DNA of 63,861 bases, the filler included, from Rhabdomonas costata (taxonomy: Eukaryota): NCBI GenBank assembly GCA_019059605.1. It is 18 parts of 18 records of this genome, joined end to end, with 100 filler letters (N's around TTAATTAATTAA, not from the genome) between each part and the next. Parts side by side here need not be neighbours in the genome. Positions count along the whole stretch, not along the records: positions 1 to 3,459 come from JAHMHO010000820.1; positions 3,560 to 7,018 come from JAHMHO010000821.1; positions 7,119 to 10,585 come from JAHMHO010000822.1; positions 10,686 to 14,140 come from JAHMHO010000823.1; 14 more parts are not named here. One strand, given 5' to 3'. Position numbers and translations under genes: made by a program. The notes beneath the pieces are model-generated. The model searched no databases and was not told the DNA's origin. It worked only from the letters and a program-made list of their open reading frames with translations. Of the stretch, positions 1-10,870 are shown in pieces (within the stretch, counting starts at the first letter, position 1; every line of letters starts with the position of its first letter).

Positions 1-1
1 G

Positions 2-3000
2 GTGTTGGGTTGCACGAACTGGCCGGCGCGGCACTACCTCAGCTTTGGATCGCTTGGAAGCCAACCCAGTCTCAGGGATACGTGATGAGGTAGATTGGCC
101 AGAGGAGCGGCTTTCTAGCCGAAAACTAACTGCCAAATTCTTTTGCGGTAATGAGGAGGCAGCACGTGCTGCTGAGTTGCTGGAGGGTACATTGGACATC
201 AGGGACGAGCCTGCCGCGACAGCAGGTTTCCCTTGTCCTCTGTGAGAATTAGTGACAGAGCCAACCAAAACAACCCCGTCCAAGTCTTCATCTTGGATTT
301 CCACTACCGGCTCACAGTTTTTCCTCTTTGCTGTGCAGGCCGCACCCTCATCTCGAGGTTCCTGAACCACCGTGGAAGATCCAGCGGCTGGAGTTGCCCG
401 CGCGGCATCCGACAGCACAAAGGATGTTATGGGTTTTAGCGAAGTCCCAAGCAACTCAGCCACAGTGGCACCGCCCATCTCGCTGCCATCATTGGTCTCC
501 AAATCTGGGCTACTGCGCTTCGCGGAGACACTGGTAATGCTTTCGCTTGAGTCATTTTCCCTTTCAGAGCTCCCACTCTCACTTCTGCTGCTGCTGTTGC
601 TGCTGCCGCTGCTGCTGCTGCTGCTGCTGCTGTGGGTTTCAGAGTCGCTACTGTCCTTGCCTTCAACCTCTTCTATGGGGTAGGGCAAGTTACCTTCGAC
701 TCCTTTGAAATCTCCGTTTGGCTGAAAACAAAAAAGGGAAATTGCTGATTCACTGCATTCCATTAAAAAAAAATACAAAAAACTCCTCAACCCAGCGTCC
801 ATATCATCCAGTTCATCAATTGGCGTCAGTGGCACCAAACCAAATGGCGAGCATTAAACTTTTACTACCAGCATTAATGTTTTCAGCCGTGTTTCGCCCA
901 TCGTGTTCGAAAATAGCACAAGACGACGACAACCACACAGAACCTGTGACTGAAAATCAGAGTGGCCTTCACAGACCTCAGCCACATCTTCATCCATTTG
1001 AACAGTGCAAGAAAAGGTTACTAAAAGCCAAACAGAGAGCATCGTACGAGGAGGAAGCTACCCGTTCAGTCTTCACCAACTTGCCGGAGCGTCTATCATG
1101 AAAACAACAGGTTTTTGAATAACTTCTTGTAAGGAGTTGAGAAAAGTGATGCACCACGCACTTAATTCCAAAACACTCCGTAAATTCTGTGCCGGCGTAT
1201 GCTAGCCCGGTCTTTTTGTTTTTAATAACGCTTCAGGCCAAGATAGGAAGCGCATTCTGCAATGTAAGGCACGTCGTACAGTGGTAAGCAGAGTAGTGGT
1301 AGAGCAAAAGCCTGAAACAATCTTGAGAAAGGACTCTTGGCCATATCTTCGCACCTCAGCAATTGATATGCTAAGGGCAACCTAACACGGCCAGAACATT
1401 GAGAAGAGGAAAAAAAGGAGAGTAAGATTGGTCAAGAAAAAAACTAAGTTTAAAACTATTGGTAAGTAACCCACTCAGCTGCAAAGTTAATAACAAGTTG
1501 TCTGCGTGACCAATAAGGTTCACAGAGGTTCACAGAAACGCTAAAAAGAATTGCCATCGTTATTTTGCATAACTTCAGTGAAAACCAAGGTTTCCAGCCT
1601 GGTAAATGGCTCTCGCACGTCGTCATTGCTGTGCTTCGGCGGATGACCACCCAAAAAAGGATTCAATCATGACATTCATCCATGTACTCGACTCTTGGGC
1701 AGCACAAAGTGCGTATACCGCAGCTCGCAACACATTCTTCCGAGCGCGATCAGATTCACTTGAAATGCCCTCTGAAGAAATGCGTAGCACGTCTCGTTCG
1801 ACCTCCTTTTCCGAACTCAGTGTTCTCCCTGTATATACTCAAGACAAATGCTTGTATTACATACCAGGTTACGTGCGGAAAAACTAGTTCCGTTTGCGAT
1901 TTAATATTCTTTCCAACTGCTTCGGAACAAAACCCGGAAATGCAACGATAGAAAAAGGAGCAAGCAAATCGATAAGGAAAAAATAAAGCAAATAGAGCAA
2001 ATCGATATGAACCAAAAATTACACCAATTCGTTGGAAGAAGAGTTGTACCAGGCAAAGTGTAACGCAGTAACGCAGCTGAAACAATCTTGAAAAAAATTT
2101 AGGACAAGGATTCTTGGCCATATCTTCGCACCTCAGCAATCGAGATGCTGAGGGCAACCTAACGCGGCCAGAGCACTAGGCAAAGGAAAAAAGGATAGCA
2201 AGATCGGTTCGCGAAAGAAAAAAATAGTGCTCAATGCAGTCTGCTACTTTGCACATTCATGTTTCTGAGGTCGAAACAGTATGTATTCACCCAATTCAGG
2301 TTCACTCTCACGAAGCTTTTGTTCTGCTTTTCTTGGGTGGTGGTGTGAAAGCCGTCTACAAAAATAGGAAACCTGTCTCTCAGTTCAGAAAGTCCGCTGA
2401 AAAAGACCACGACCGAGGAGAAATTCCTTTCCTCCCTTCTACAACGACCGAACACACCGCACAATCGTTCATTTGCTTTTCAATGAATCCCCAAACAGAA
2501 AAGGTTGTCGCCCCCCTCCAAAGATCTTCCCTTGGCGCTTTGGTGACAAAAAATCGCCCAGGCTGCGCTTGGTCCAGGGGATGTATGTGGTCCATCGGCC
2601 TCGCTCCCTTTCTTGGTCACCTCGGTCACCTTGGTCACTCTTGAGGATGAGACTCCGGGCATGCTCCTCCTCCGGGTTCATCCGGAACCACAAGAAGTGT
2701 GTTCGTTCCGGCCGAATTCCAGCATGGGTATCACACTACGCGGCTCCATGTCTGCTGTCCAGCCAGTCGGGACCCATACAAACTCAGCCAAGCCCATGAC
2801 TAAATCAACAGAGGCGAACGCTTAAGCTGAAGCGGTGGATAATTCCTCTCCAGTACAGTCTCTTGCGGCCTCGTCTGAGGCATGGTGCATCGTGTAACTG
2901 CCCCACTGCGCAGGAGAAAGCCCAAACGTCAGCTCGCGGTACACCGAGGGCATGTGTGGGAGCATTGCCAGCCAAGCCGAGGAGGACAGCAAAGGGTCTG

Positions 3001-3376
3001 CCAGCTCTGCAAGAGCACGGGCAAGTCGTTCGGCCCCTTCCAGCGGCGAAAGAACAGAAAATGCGCCGTGGGTGGGAAAATTGGTTCGCGAAAATGGAAG
3101 AAGTTCAGTCAGAGGGACACTCCATGACGAAGTGAGATGGAGTTTTGCGGCGCTGATCTGCTGCTGCGAAAGGTCCAGCAAGTCCGTCGGAAGGCGGAGC
3201 TGTGCCCTCCGTGCTCCACCTTCGTTGAAAAGGAGCATGCAAAAGCAGCAAAAACTCGAACAGAACAACGACCATAAAAGTTCCTTGTCAAATGGAATAC
3301 CAATGCCTTCTGCTGTCTCTCTCAGGACAATCTTGTCTCTACCTTGAGGCTCCTGTACGTATTTAAGAAAATCCAC
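2..3376 (-). CDS. Multi-exon hypothetical protein, partial, with a Ser-rich disordered region
   Basis: Minus frame is open over 2-721 behind a ttttgttttcag acceptor (…GKDSSDSETHSSSSSSSGSSNSSSRSESG…VVEIQDEDLDGVVLV…). Other coding-like stretches lie at ~1640-1830, ~2470-2700 and 2822-3376. Exon chaining is unresolved, so this may be more than one gene. Confidence 0.45.
1332..1395 (-). ncRNA. Candidate single-hairpin AGA-box (H/ACA-like) pseudouridylation guide RNA, copy 1
   Basis: RNA reads UGGCCGUGU-UAGGUU-GC-CCUUAGCA-loop-UGCUGAGG-U-GC-GAAG-AUAUGGCCA-AGA-GUC: lower stem, internal pocket, upper stem, and AGA directly after the stem. Confidence 0.65.
2109..2172 (-). ncRNA. Candidate single-hairpin AGA-box guide RNA, copy 2
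   Basis: Paralog of 1332-1395 with identical pocket strands (UAGGUU/GAAG) and AGA box. Differences: loop changes, a U-G to C-G upper-stem swap, and one lower-stem mismatch. Confidence 0.65.
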
Positions 3377-3459
3377 GCTGCCTTCCCCGGCACGCCGATG
3401 GCCGACGCAGCCCCACCACCACCACCGCCGCCACCAAAAAAAGAAATGTAACCCACAAA

Positions 3460-3559
3460 NNNNNNNNNNNNNNNNNNNNNNNNNNNNNNNNNNNNNNNNN
3501 NNNTTAATTAATTAANNNNNNNNNNNNNNNNNNNNNNNNNNNNNNNNNNNNNNNNNNNN
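3460..3559. other. Artificial contig spacer (44 N + TTAATTAATTAA + 44 N). Also starts at 7019, 10586, 14141, 17701, 21258, 24814, 28369, 31924, 35476, 39027, 42577, 46127, 49676, 53224, 56773 and 60318
   Basis: The same 100-nt block, containing a six-frame stop linker, recurs about every 3.55 kb. Confidence 0.99.
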
Positions 3560-6500
3560 GGGGGGTGTGGTGAAAAGTAGCAGAAGCCTGCAGCAGACTC
3601 CGACTGCTTCTTCATTGTTGGCATGCTGCTGCAAGGCCTTGCAGACTTCATCGATGACACCATGTGAGCACAGTACTGGAAGAATCTTGACATCCTTAGA
3701 AGCAAGAACAAAGAGAAGCCTGCACACCGCTGTCGTAATTTCTGGAAGGTGAGAAAGCTGAAAGAACTGCTGAATGTCTGCATGCTCAGGTTTGAAGCCC
3801 GGAGTCTTCTCCAAATCCACCAGACGCTTCAGCAGAACATCTTTCGCGGCCGCCTCTTGCTTGCGGGTGTCTTCCTCTCGCTTGCGGGCCTCTAGCTCAG
3901 CGTAACGGCGACGATCCTCCTCTTCTTTCTTCCGCTTCATCTCCTCAACCGAGCGTGCATCCATTGCATCCAACTCCTCCGATTGTTCCTTAGAAAAGCG
4001 CTGCAGCGAAATTAACGAAACCGTGTCGTCAAAACAACCATGACGGAAAAGCTTGTTGAGCTGGTAGATCTGAAGACAATTGAGCAGTAGCCTGATTTTC
4101 ACAAACCATCGCATTCCAATAACAGGAAATCCCATCAGCGACGGACTGTCGCTGAAGCTGCCCGTTGCCAAGGCGCGCAAGGCATTGAATACCTTTTTGG
4201 AACTTATGCTCTCATCTGAGCATGTGAATACCACAGCAAACTCAGAATTTGGAGCATTCTCAAAGGCCATCTTGATCTTGTCTGTCGTAAACAATTTCCG
4301 AATCTCCTTTTTCCAGTCTGGAATAAAACGATCTCTCGCAGCTTCAAGAAGCACCCCTTTCAGCATCAACTTCGCATAACTTTCCGGGCTGAAAACACGG
4401 AGATCAAGATCCGTACCCCCAAGAGCAGCCTTCAGCTTCTCCAAAACCTCTGCTTTGAACTCTGAAGAGAAGATATCCTTTGTTTCTTTCGCCTCCAGCT
4501 CCAAACCAAGCATAAGTTTCTTCTTTTTCATGGCTTTCTTTTCATCTTTAAACTGAAGCTGAGAGAATAGAATCTTCGGTCCCGGATAGATGTCTCCCGT
4601 GTACTCCGTAATTTGATTGTCACTCCTCCGAATGAAAAAGAGAGACATCCCAACTTTTGCGGACGCCTTGCCAAGCTTTCTGGAAAGGTATGTCAGAAGC
4701 ATATCCGTCGTGATTCTTTCCCCGTCCTCAGCCATGTTTGGATGACGCAGTTTAGGAGCTCTACCGAGCAAGCCCTTCCGTAAATACAATGAACCGAGCG
4801 CAGTGGTCTTACAGGGGCTGACAAACTCCACGTATTCTCCAGCAGAGGTCTCCACGCGAAAGAACCCATCACCCCGTTGCTGTGCCGGATCCCAACCTTG
4901 GCGAGGCTCTCGCCACCAAAGCGCAGATCCTCCATGAACAGAATCGATCACAAGGATAGTCTGAACACCCAGCTGAGGAGCAGTCCCCAAAACAGCACCA
5001 CGGAGCTCGTCAAGAAACAGAACGTTCTCGGGAGAGAACTCTAAGCAAGAGTCTGGAAGGAGCAGGAATCGAACTGAAGGTGGTTCCCCCGCAGGCTCGG
5101 GAGGGGTTTCCTCAACAACTTCTGCCTGCGGCTGAGTTAGAGCTTCATCCCCCACAGCTGGAGGCTGCTCAGCCGCCTTGGCCTCGCCATCCTCCTCCTT
5201 CTTCTTCGTCTTCTTACTTTTTTTCTTGGTGTCTTTCTTGTCCTTGGGCTCCGACTCAGCTGCCTTTGCAGAATCTTCCTTGGCTGCTTTCTTGGGGGTA
5301 CCCTTCTTCTTGGCCGCTGCGGCTTCCTTCTTTTTCTGCTCTTCCTCCTCACGCCGGCGCTTCTCCTCCTCCTCTTCCTGCTGTCTGCGCCGCTCTTCCT
5401 CTTCCTCAGCTTTTCGGCGGGCCTGCTCAACGGCTTCCTTTTTCAGGCGCTCCTCTTCTTTCCATGTCTCCGCTTCCCTTTTCAACTCCGCCTTTGTGGG
5501 GCCATCATACATCACTCCCGAGAGGCTTCGACAGCTAACATAGACCAAAAGCTGACAGTCTTCTTTGCGTGCAGCAGCGACTTCGCGCAGAATATTTTCC
5601 TTGGTTGGCGATAGGTCAGGCCCAGAGGAGGGGAACATCAGAGTGACCGTGTATCCCAGCTGTGTTAAAACCACGGCAAGTTCCCTGCAGTCATCCTCTG
5701 AGTGCAAGGCCACGCGCAATCGTTCATCTTCAGATGAGGGAATCCCAATCACAATCGCCCGAAGCTGCGTTTTCGCTTGGGTTTCTTGCGGGAACTTGCG
5801 CTTCATATCTGCAACTCGACGTGCTCGCGCCCGCTGGCGCTCGCGAGCCTCATTTAGGAGCTTGTATCGCCTCCGACCCAAAAAGAATCTGATATTCTTC
5901 TGAATCACGATGCTTGCATATGTTCTGGAGGTGCTGTTGAGGCGTGAAGCCATCTCAGACAGACAAACAACTTCGTCCGTGGCAGGATCGGAAAAGGCAG
6001 TAAACAGCATCACCATCCTCGAGGAGCTCTCACCGTAAAAAACCGCTCGTTGCAAAAGGTTGCTGATTACGGACGTCGGAAAGCTCAGCTTTGAAAGCTT
6101 TTGAATAGCTCGTTTACATAGCTGAGGGTGACTGCCGACTTGGAGAAGTGCCTGTTCAAAACTAACTAAGGCACGATTAACACACGCCTTGGCCTTCTCC
6201 GCAGCTCCAAAGTTCGATTTTGGGCTGGCCCACTGGAATATCGTGCGATCGAAGGAAGAGTGGGCGTGTTTGTGGTATCCCGCCATATCAAACACGGAGA
6301 GAGTGGCATCGCCAAGCTTGACGACAATAATCTGATGTCCTCGGCAAGCCTTGAGCTGAGCAGTGCGTGTCCGAGTGTCCTGCAGCACATCGTGGATGTA
6401 AAAAGAGGTTGTTGTGCGCCAGCAGTTTTCCGGAATGAGATCAAGGCTCAACGAGTCGTCAGCTGAAGCCCTTGCGCTCTTCCAAACCACGTGGTTCAAG

Positions 6501-6765
6501 TTCTGGATCTCTTTCTGGTTGAGGGCGTCGTAAATCTTCTCTTGGTACAGCCCGGTATCGTCAGGACCCCCATATATCAACAGGTAGGCGAGTTTGATAT
6601 CGTTGTTCTCCCAGCGCTTTTCTTCTTCCCCAGAAACAGGCACTTTTTCGTCGGCAGTCTTCGTTTCGAGGCCATACGGGAGTTCCACATACAGCCAAGT
6701 AGCGCTCCACTCCGGCCCGGTTTGACAAATCCCGTTATTCCCATTTCCAGTGGCATCCATAAGCA
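3560..6765 (-). CDS. Large protein, partial: degenerate kinesin motor-like domain + IQ motif + inactive caspase-like (C14) domain with a charged insertion + helical/ARM-like C-terminus
   Basis: One ~3.2-kb open exon after a ttttcttttgtag acceptor. Kinesin-like motifs: LYQEKIYDAL, RGHQII, LSVFDMAG, VNRAL, SVISNLLQRAV…SRMVML. IQ motif: IQKNIRFFLGRRRY. Caspase-like: LRAIVIGI…DDCRELAVVLTQLGY…PTKENIL…LLVYVSCRS…LVIDSVHGG. Confidence 0.75.
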
Positions 6766-7399
6766 CCTACAAAAGAAAAACCACAAAACGCTCGACAAAA
6801 AGACGCGGTGCGACCTGGTCCCAAATCAACGATTTAGATTCAGCTCAAAATGCAACGGTTTCCACTGTTGTGTGGTTTCAGGGTTGTACTGGTCTCACCA
6901 AGTACATCCCCAAATGTGCGTGTGTTTTGCTCTTCGAAAAGGAAGCGGCACGAAACCCAAACAGGCGCACTTCTATTCTTGGGACCTCTGGAGTTTTCTC
7001 CAGGACCGCGGAACACAGNNNNNNNNNNNNNNNNNNNNNNNNNNNNNNNNNNNNNNNNNNNNTTAATTAATTAANNNNNNNNNNNNNNNNNNNNNNNNNN
7101 NNNNNNNNNNNNNNNNNNGGGGGGGTGGTATCCAAAGGAGGCGTCTCCTTTAGTGTCAGAGTGGTACACTCGCCTATGATTTGTAAGAAATTTCACGAGT
7201 CCGAGAATTGCACAAATTTTTGCAAGTGGAGCGTGGTATTAGACACGTTTTAATAGAAGTATTTGGATGATTTAGCAAAGACAGCTGTGAGCAGCATTCA
7301 GATAGTGGAAGTAAGTACCCCGGTCCCGCTGTTAGTGTTGCCATTCCAGATAGAAGCGAGAGAGTGGGTTGGGTTCTTTGGAGTTTTTCCAGACATTTC

Positions 7400-9740
7400 C
7401 CACCTCAATCACTAATGTTATTGCCGTTGTGGATTGGTGACACCCAATTTATGGCGTTACTAGACTCTGGATCATCAGACTCTTTTATAAGTCAGGAGTT
7501 GGTCCAGAAATTTCGTTTGCAGAGGTACCAGTTGCCGCAGAAGCTTACAGTGATGGTTGCTAAAGTGAAATGACTTCCAGTGAAGCACTTCGTCCGAGTT
7601 GTCGGAAAGTTGGGTTCCATGCCTATCAAAATGTTTTTTATAGTGATCAAGACGGCAATCACAGTAGTGCTGTGTAATCCCTTTAAACGAGGCTGCAACC
7701 TCAGATTCATTGGAATCGCATGAATGTCACGTTGTTGAGAGGAGGAAGAATGTACGACATCCAGGAGCTTCCAGCGGTAGATGCATTTCGAACCACATGC
7801 CCCGCTACAGTAGTGCTGGATGCAGAGCAAGGGGAATTTGCTAAGGTGAACCATCTGATTGCTCCACTGCAGGAACTTTAGATGTCGTTTCCACCGAGCC
7901 CACAATAGCAGTGGAGTGTGGAGGCGACGTCCCGTGCATTCCAGACGTCCAGAGTGTTGAAGTCTTGTTGGAAATCATTCAACTCTGTGCCTAAACATGT
8001 CCCTCGCCTTATGGTTTATGTGTGCTGTTCGTTCCAAATGCCAACGGTAAGTTGCGTCTGTGTGTTGATTACAGACCGCTTAATGCAATTACGGTTACGA
8101 TGCGTACAATATACCACAAACCGACGAGATTATTGATCACGCGTGAATGCAAAGTGGTTCCCGAAGCTGGATTTGCGTGCTGGATTCTATCGTATTAGAA
8201 TTTTTCTAGAGCATGTGTGGAGGAAGGACTTCAAGACAAAGCATGGTTAGTTCCAATTCAGATTCATGCGTTTTTGGTTGCGCAATGCCGCAGTAACGTT
8301 ACANNNNNNNNNNNNNNNNNNNNNNNNNNNNNNNNNNNNNNNNNNNNNNNNNNNNNNNNNNNNNNNNNNNNNNNNNNNNNNNNNNNNNNNNNNNNNNNNN
8401 NNNNNNNNNNNNNNNNNNNNNNNNNNNNNNNNNNNNNNNNNNNNNNNNNNNNNNNNNNNNNNNNNNNNNNNNNNNNNNNNNNNNNNNNNNGATTTTGTTC
8501 CACGCATATAAGTTGGAAGCACATGTGGAGGCAGTGGTGGTGTTGTACCGGATATTAGACCGAGAGAAGCTGTATGATAATCAAGAGAAGTGAATGTTTG
8601 CCCAACCGCGTGGATTTTTTGTGGGGAGAAATGGGATCAGACCACAACAGAGGAAGTTAATGGCAGTGTACACGTGGCCTCAGTTACGTAAACCTACAGA
8701 TGTGAAAAGTGTCCTCGGGCTATGTGGGTTTTACTAGAGAGCTGTGGAATATTACACCACAGTGGCAGTCTTACTGACGGATTTATTGAAGAAGAAGAAA
8801 AATTGTGTGTGGTGCGAATCTCAAGAGACGGAGTTTCAGAGACTGAAAGCCAGACTTTTGAAGCACAACGTGTTAGTGGTTCTAGACGTTAAGAAGCCAA
8901 TGGTGCTTCACACCAATGCTTCAGAGGTGGGTATTGGAGCGGCGCTATTGCAGCCAGTGGAAGATGGCAAGATGCATATGGTGGAGTGTCGCTCGAGAAC
9001 GTTGTCCACAGCGGAAAAGAATTACACTGCTAATGAGATAGAAATGATAACGTTTGTGGACACGTTGTAAAAATGGAGGCATTACTTTGCCGGGTTCAGA
9101 TGTCAGAGTTCACACAAATAACTCGGAGCTGTGCTATTAGCAAAAGAACTCTAGTCCGTCTCCAAGTCAATTAAGGACGTTGGAAAGACTCCAGATGTAT
9201 AAGCAAAAGATTGCTCACATTCCAGGAAGGCAGAATGTCGCTGCGGATGCCATCTGTAGGCACACACTGGACAAAGTAAGCTTGGGAGCGATGGAATTGG
9301 AGGTTTTTTGCGACACTGAGATTTGAATTACCACTCTGTGCACTACTGAAGGTAGCATCAGATGTGGAGCCAGACGATTTTTGGCCAGATTTATGGTGAA
9401 TGGTGTGAAGAGGTACTTTAACGTGACTACAGCGGAGCTTTTGGATCATACATATTGGCACCATGGCAAATTTTGTAGTCGGTGAAGATCGTGGTACCAA
9501 TCCAGAGTGAACAAGACTCAACCGCAGCAGATCAATATAAACGTCCAGAACGGCCGCCCTGATCAATCTGACTTACACGTTCAAGAACATCAAAAGAAAG
9601 GTACGAGCTTACGTGCGTACCTTTGATGTTTAACAAAGATTCAAAGCGGAGCACCATTTGACAAGATGCAACACCCAGGTTTTTGAGCTGCCAGTAATGA
9701 AATGCGAGTCTATATCGATGTATTTCGTTTCCATGCCTGC
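7400..9740 (+). mobile_element. Decayed Ty3/Gypsy LTR-retrotransposon pol (protease-RT-RNase H-integrase N-terminus)
   Basis: Protease ALLDSGSSDSFI; RT remnants (KWFPKLDLRAGFY, FRFM…LRNA); RH VLHTNASEVGIGAAL…AEKNY; integrase VRAYVRTFDV*QRFK and CESISMYFVS. Many stops and frameshifts; internal gap 8304-8490. Confidence 0.92.
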
Positions 9741-10304
9741 ATGTACGTAGACGTTTTCTGGTCAGTCTTGGAGGTAAACGATGTGTTGGCGGTCGCGTAT
9801 CGGGAAACCAAGATTGTGGTTCTGATACCGGACACAATGAGATGAATGCCAATGACATGGAGGAGTTGTTTTGGTGGAAGCGGAATACAAAGAGTTTGAT
9901 GATGAAGATCTTCCATAAGGTGAAGAGGTTGTATCTGTAGAACAGGAGCAGTACCAATGTTTTTCAGAGCCATATTTGGAGGAAGTAAGTGCGGATGGGT
10001 CAGAGGCAATATGTCAGGAAGACGCCAAAGAAGAATTGCTGGAGTAATAGTACGAAAAGAGATTGTACGCCTCAAGTAGTGGAAGTTTCCACCTAATCCA
10101 GAGCTTGGTAAGAACGCATGTTGGAGCGCTTCAGAGATTTGCAAGAAAATTAGGACAGGAGTTCCGTGCAGCTTGTTGAGCAAGGGTCACCCGAGTGGTC
10201 GCCTGACACGCTGCGAGTCCATATTGAGAATTATCCACAGAATGGGACGGATGATGAGAACTACAAAGAAGATATATATGGAGATGTAATGTTGAGCTCC
10301 ATTG

Positions 10305-10585
10305 CTGGAAGAGGAAGTGAAGTTAGAACCTACTGGTTTCATAGCAATGTGCTACAATTTGTTAGTGACTCCTTGTATCAATTTGTTTCGGCAGAGCACC
10401 ATCAGCTGTTGCGGTACTTTACAGTATAAGAGAGGGATGGTGAGGCAATGGGCTGCATTGCGTTTTCCTACAGATGGAGCCCAGATGTGTGTCTTTACGC
10501 CAAACCTCCAAAGAGCCTCATTCCACAATTTTTGTCAAAGTCCTGTCGAGAAAGATATCGGATGCTTTTGGTGACACCAAACCAT
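10305..10585 (+). pseudogene. Dam/DIRS-type DNA N6-adenine methyltransferase remnant downstream of the Gypsy pol
   Basis: Across one frameshift and one stop it reads VKLEPTGF…TPCINLF/SAEHHQLLRYFTV*ERDGEAMGCIAFSYRWSPDVCLYAKPPKSLIPQFLSK…MLLVTPN. This matches the IDLFA..N.QL.RY…DAF…W…YANPP.SLI..VL.K…LV.P.W pattern. Confidence 0.75.
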
Positions 10586-10870
10586 NNNNNNNNNNNNNNN
10601 NNNNNNNNNNNNNNNNNNNNNNNNNNNNNTTAATTAATTAANNNNNNNNNNNNNNNNNNNNNNNNNNNNNNNNNNNNNNNNNNNNGGTGGTGTGGGAAGA
10701 CCGCTGGAAGTCAAAGCTGAGATACCTCACTCCTTTTTCGATTGGTGTATCTGATGTCTCGGCTTACTCACATTTGTTTGGAATGGAAGATGTATTTTTG
10801 TAGTACAGCAACCCACTGCGCACACCATCCCATCATTGAGAGATTCACACACACACACAAACAAACACAC

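Noticed and set aside
372-683. Poly-Leu (+) and poly-Ala (-) ORFs
   Set aside because: They are shadows of the GCT repeat. The longer open Ser-rich minus frame has a proper acceptor.
780-1690. Additional C/D-box snoRNAs beside the AGA hairpins
   Set aside because: Isolated UGAUGA/CUGA words without convincing spacing or terminal stems.
3504-3515. Regularly spaced TTAATTAATTAA as a repeat or CRISPR-like array
   Set aside because: It is a synthetic six-frame stop linker inside N padding.
9850-10100. Chromodomain after the integrase
   Set aside because: The region is acidic but has no convincing chromodomain motif.
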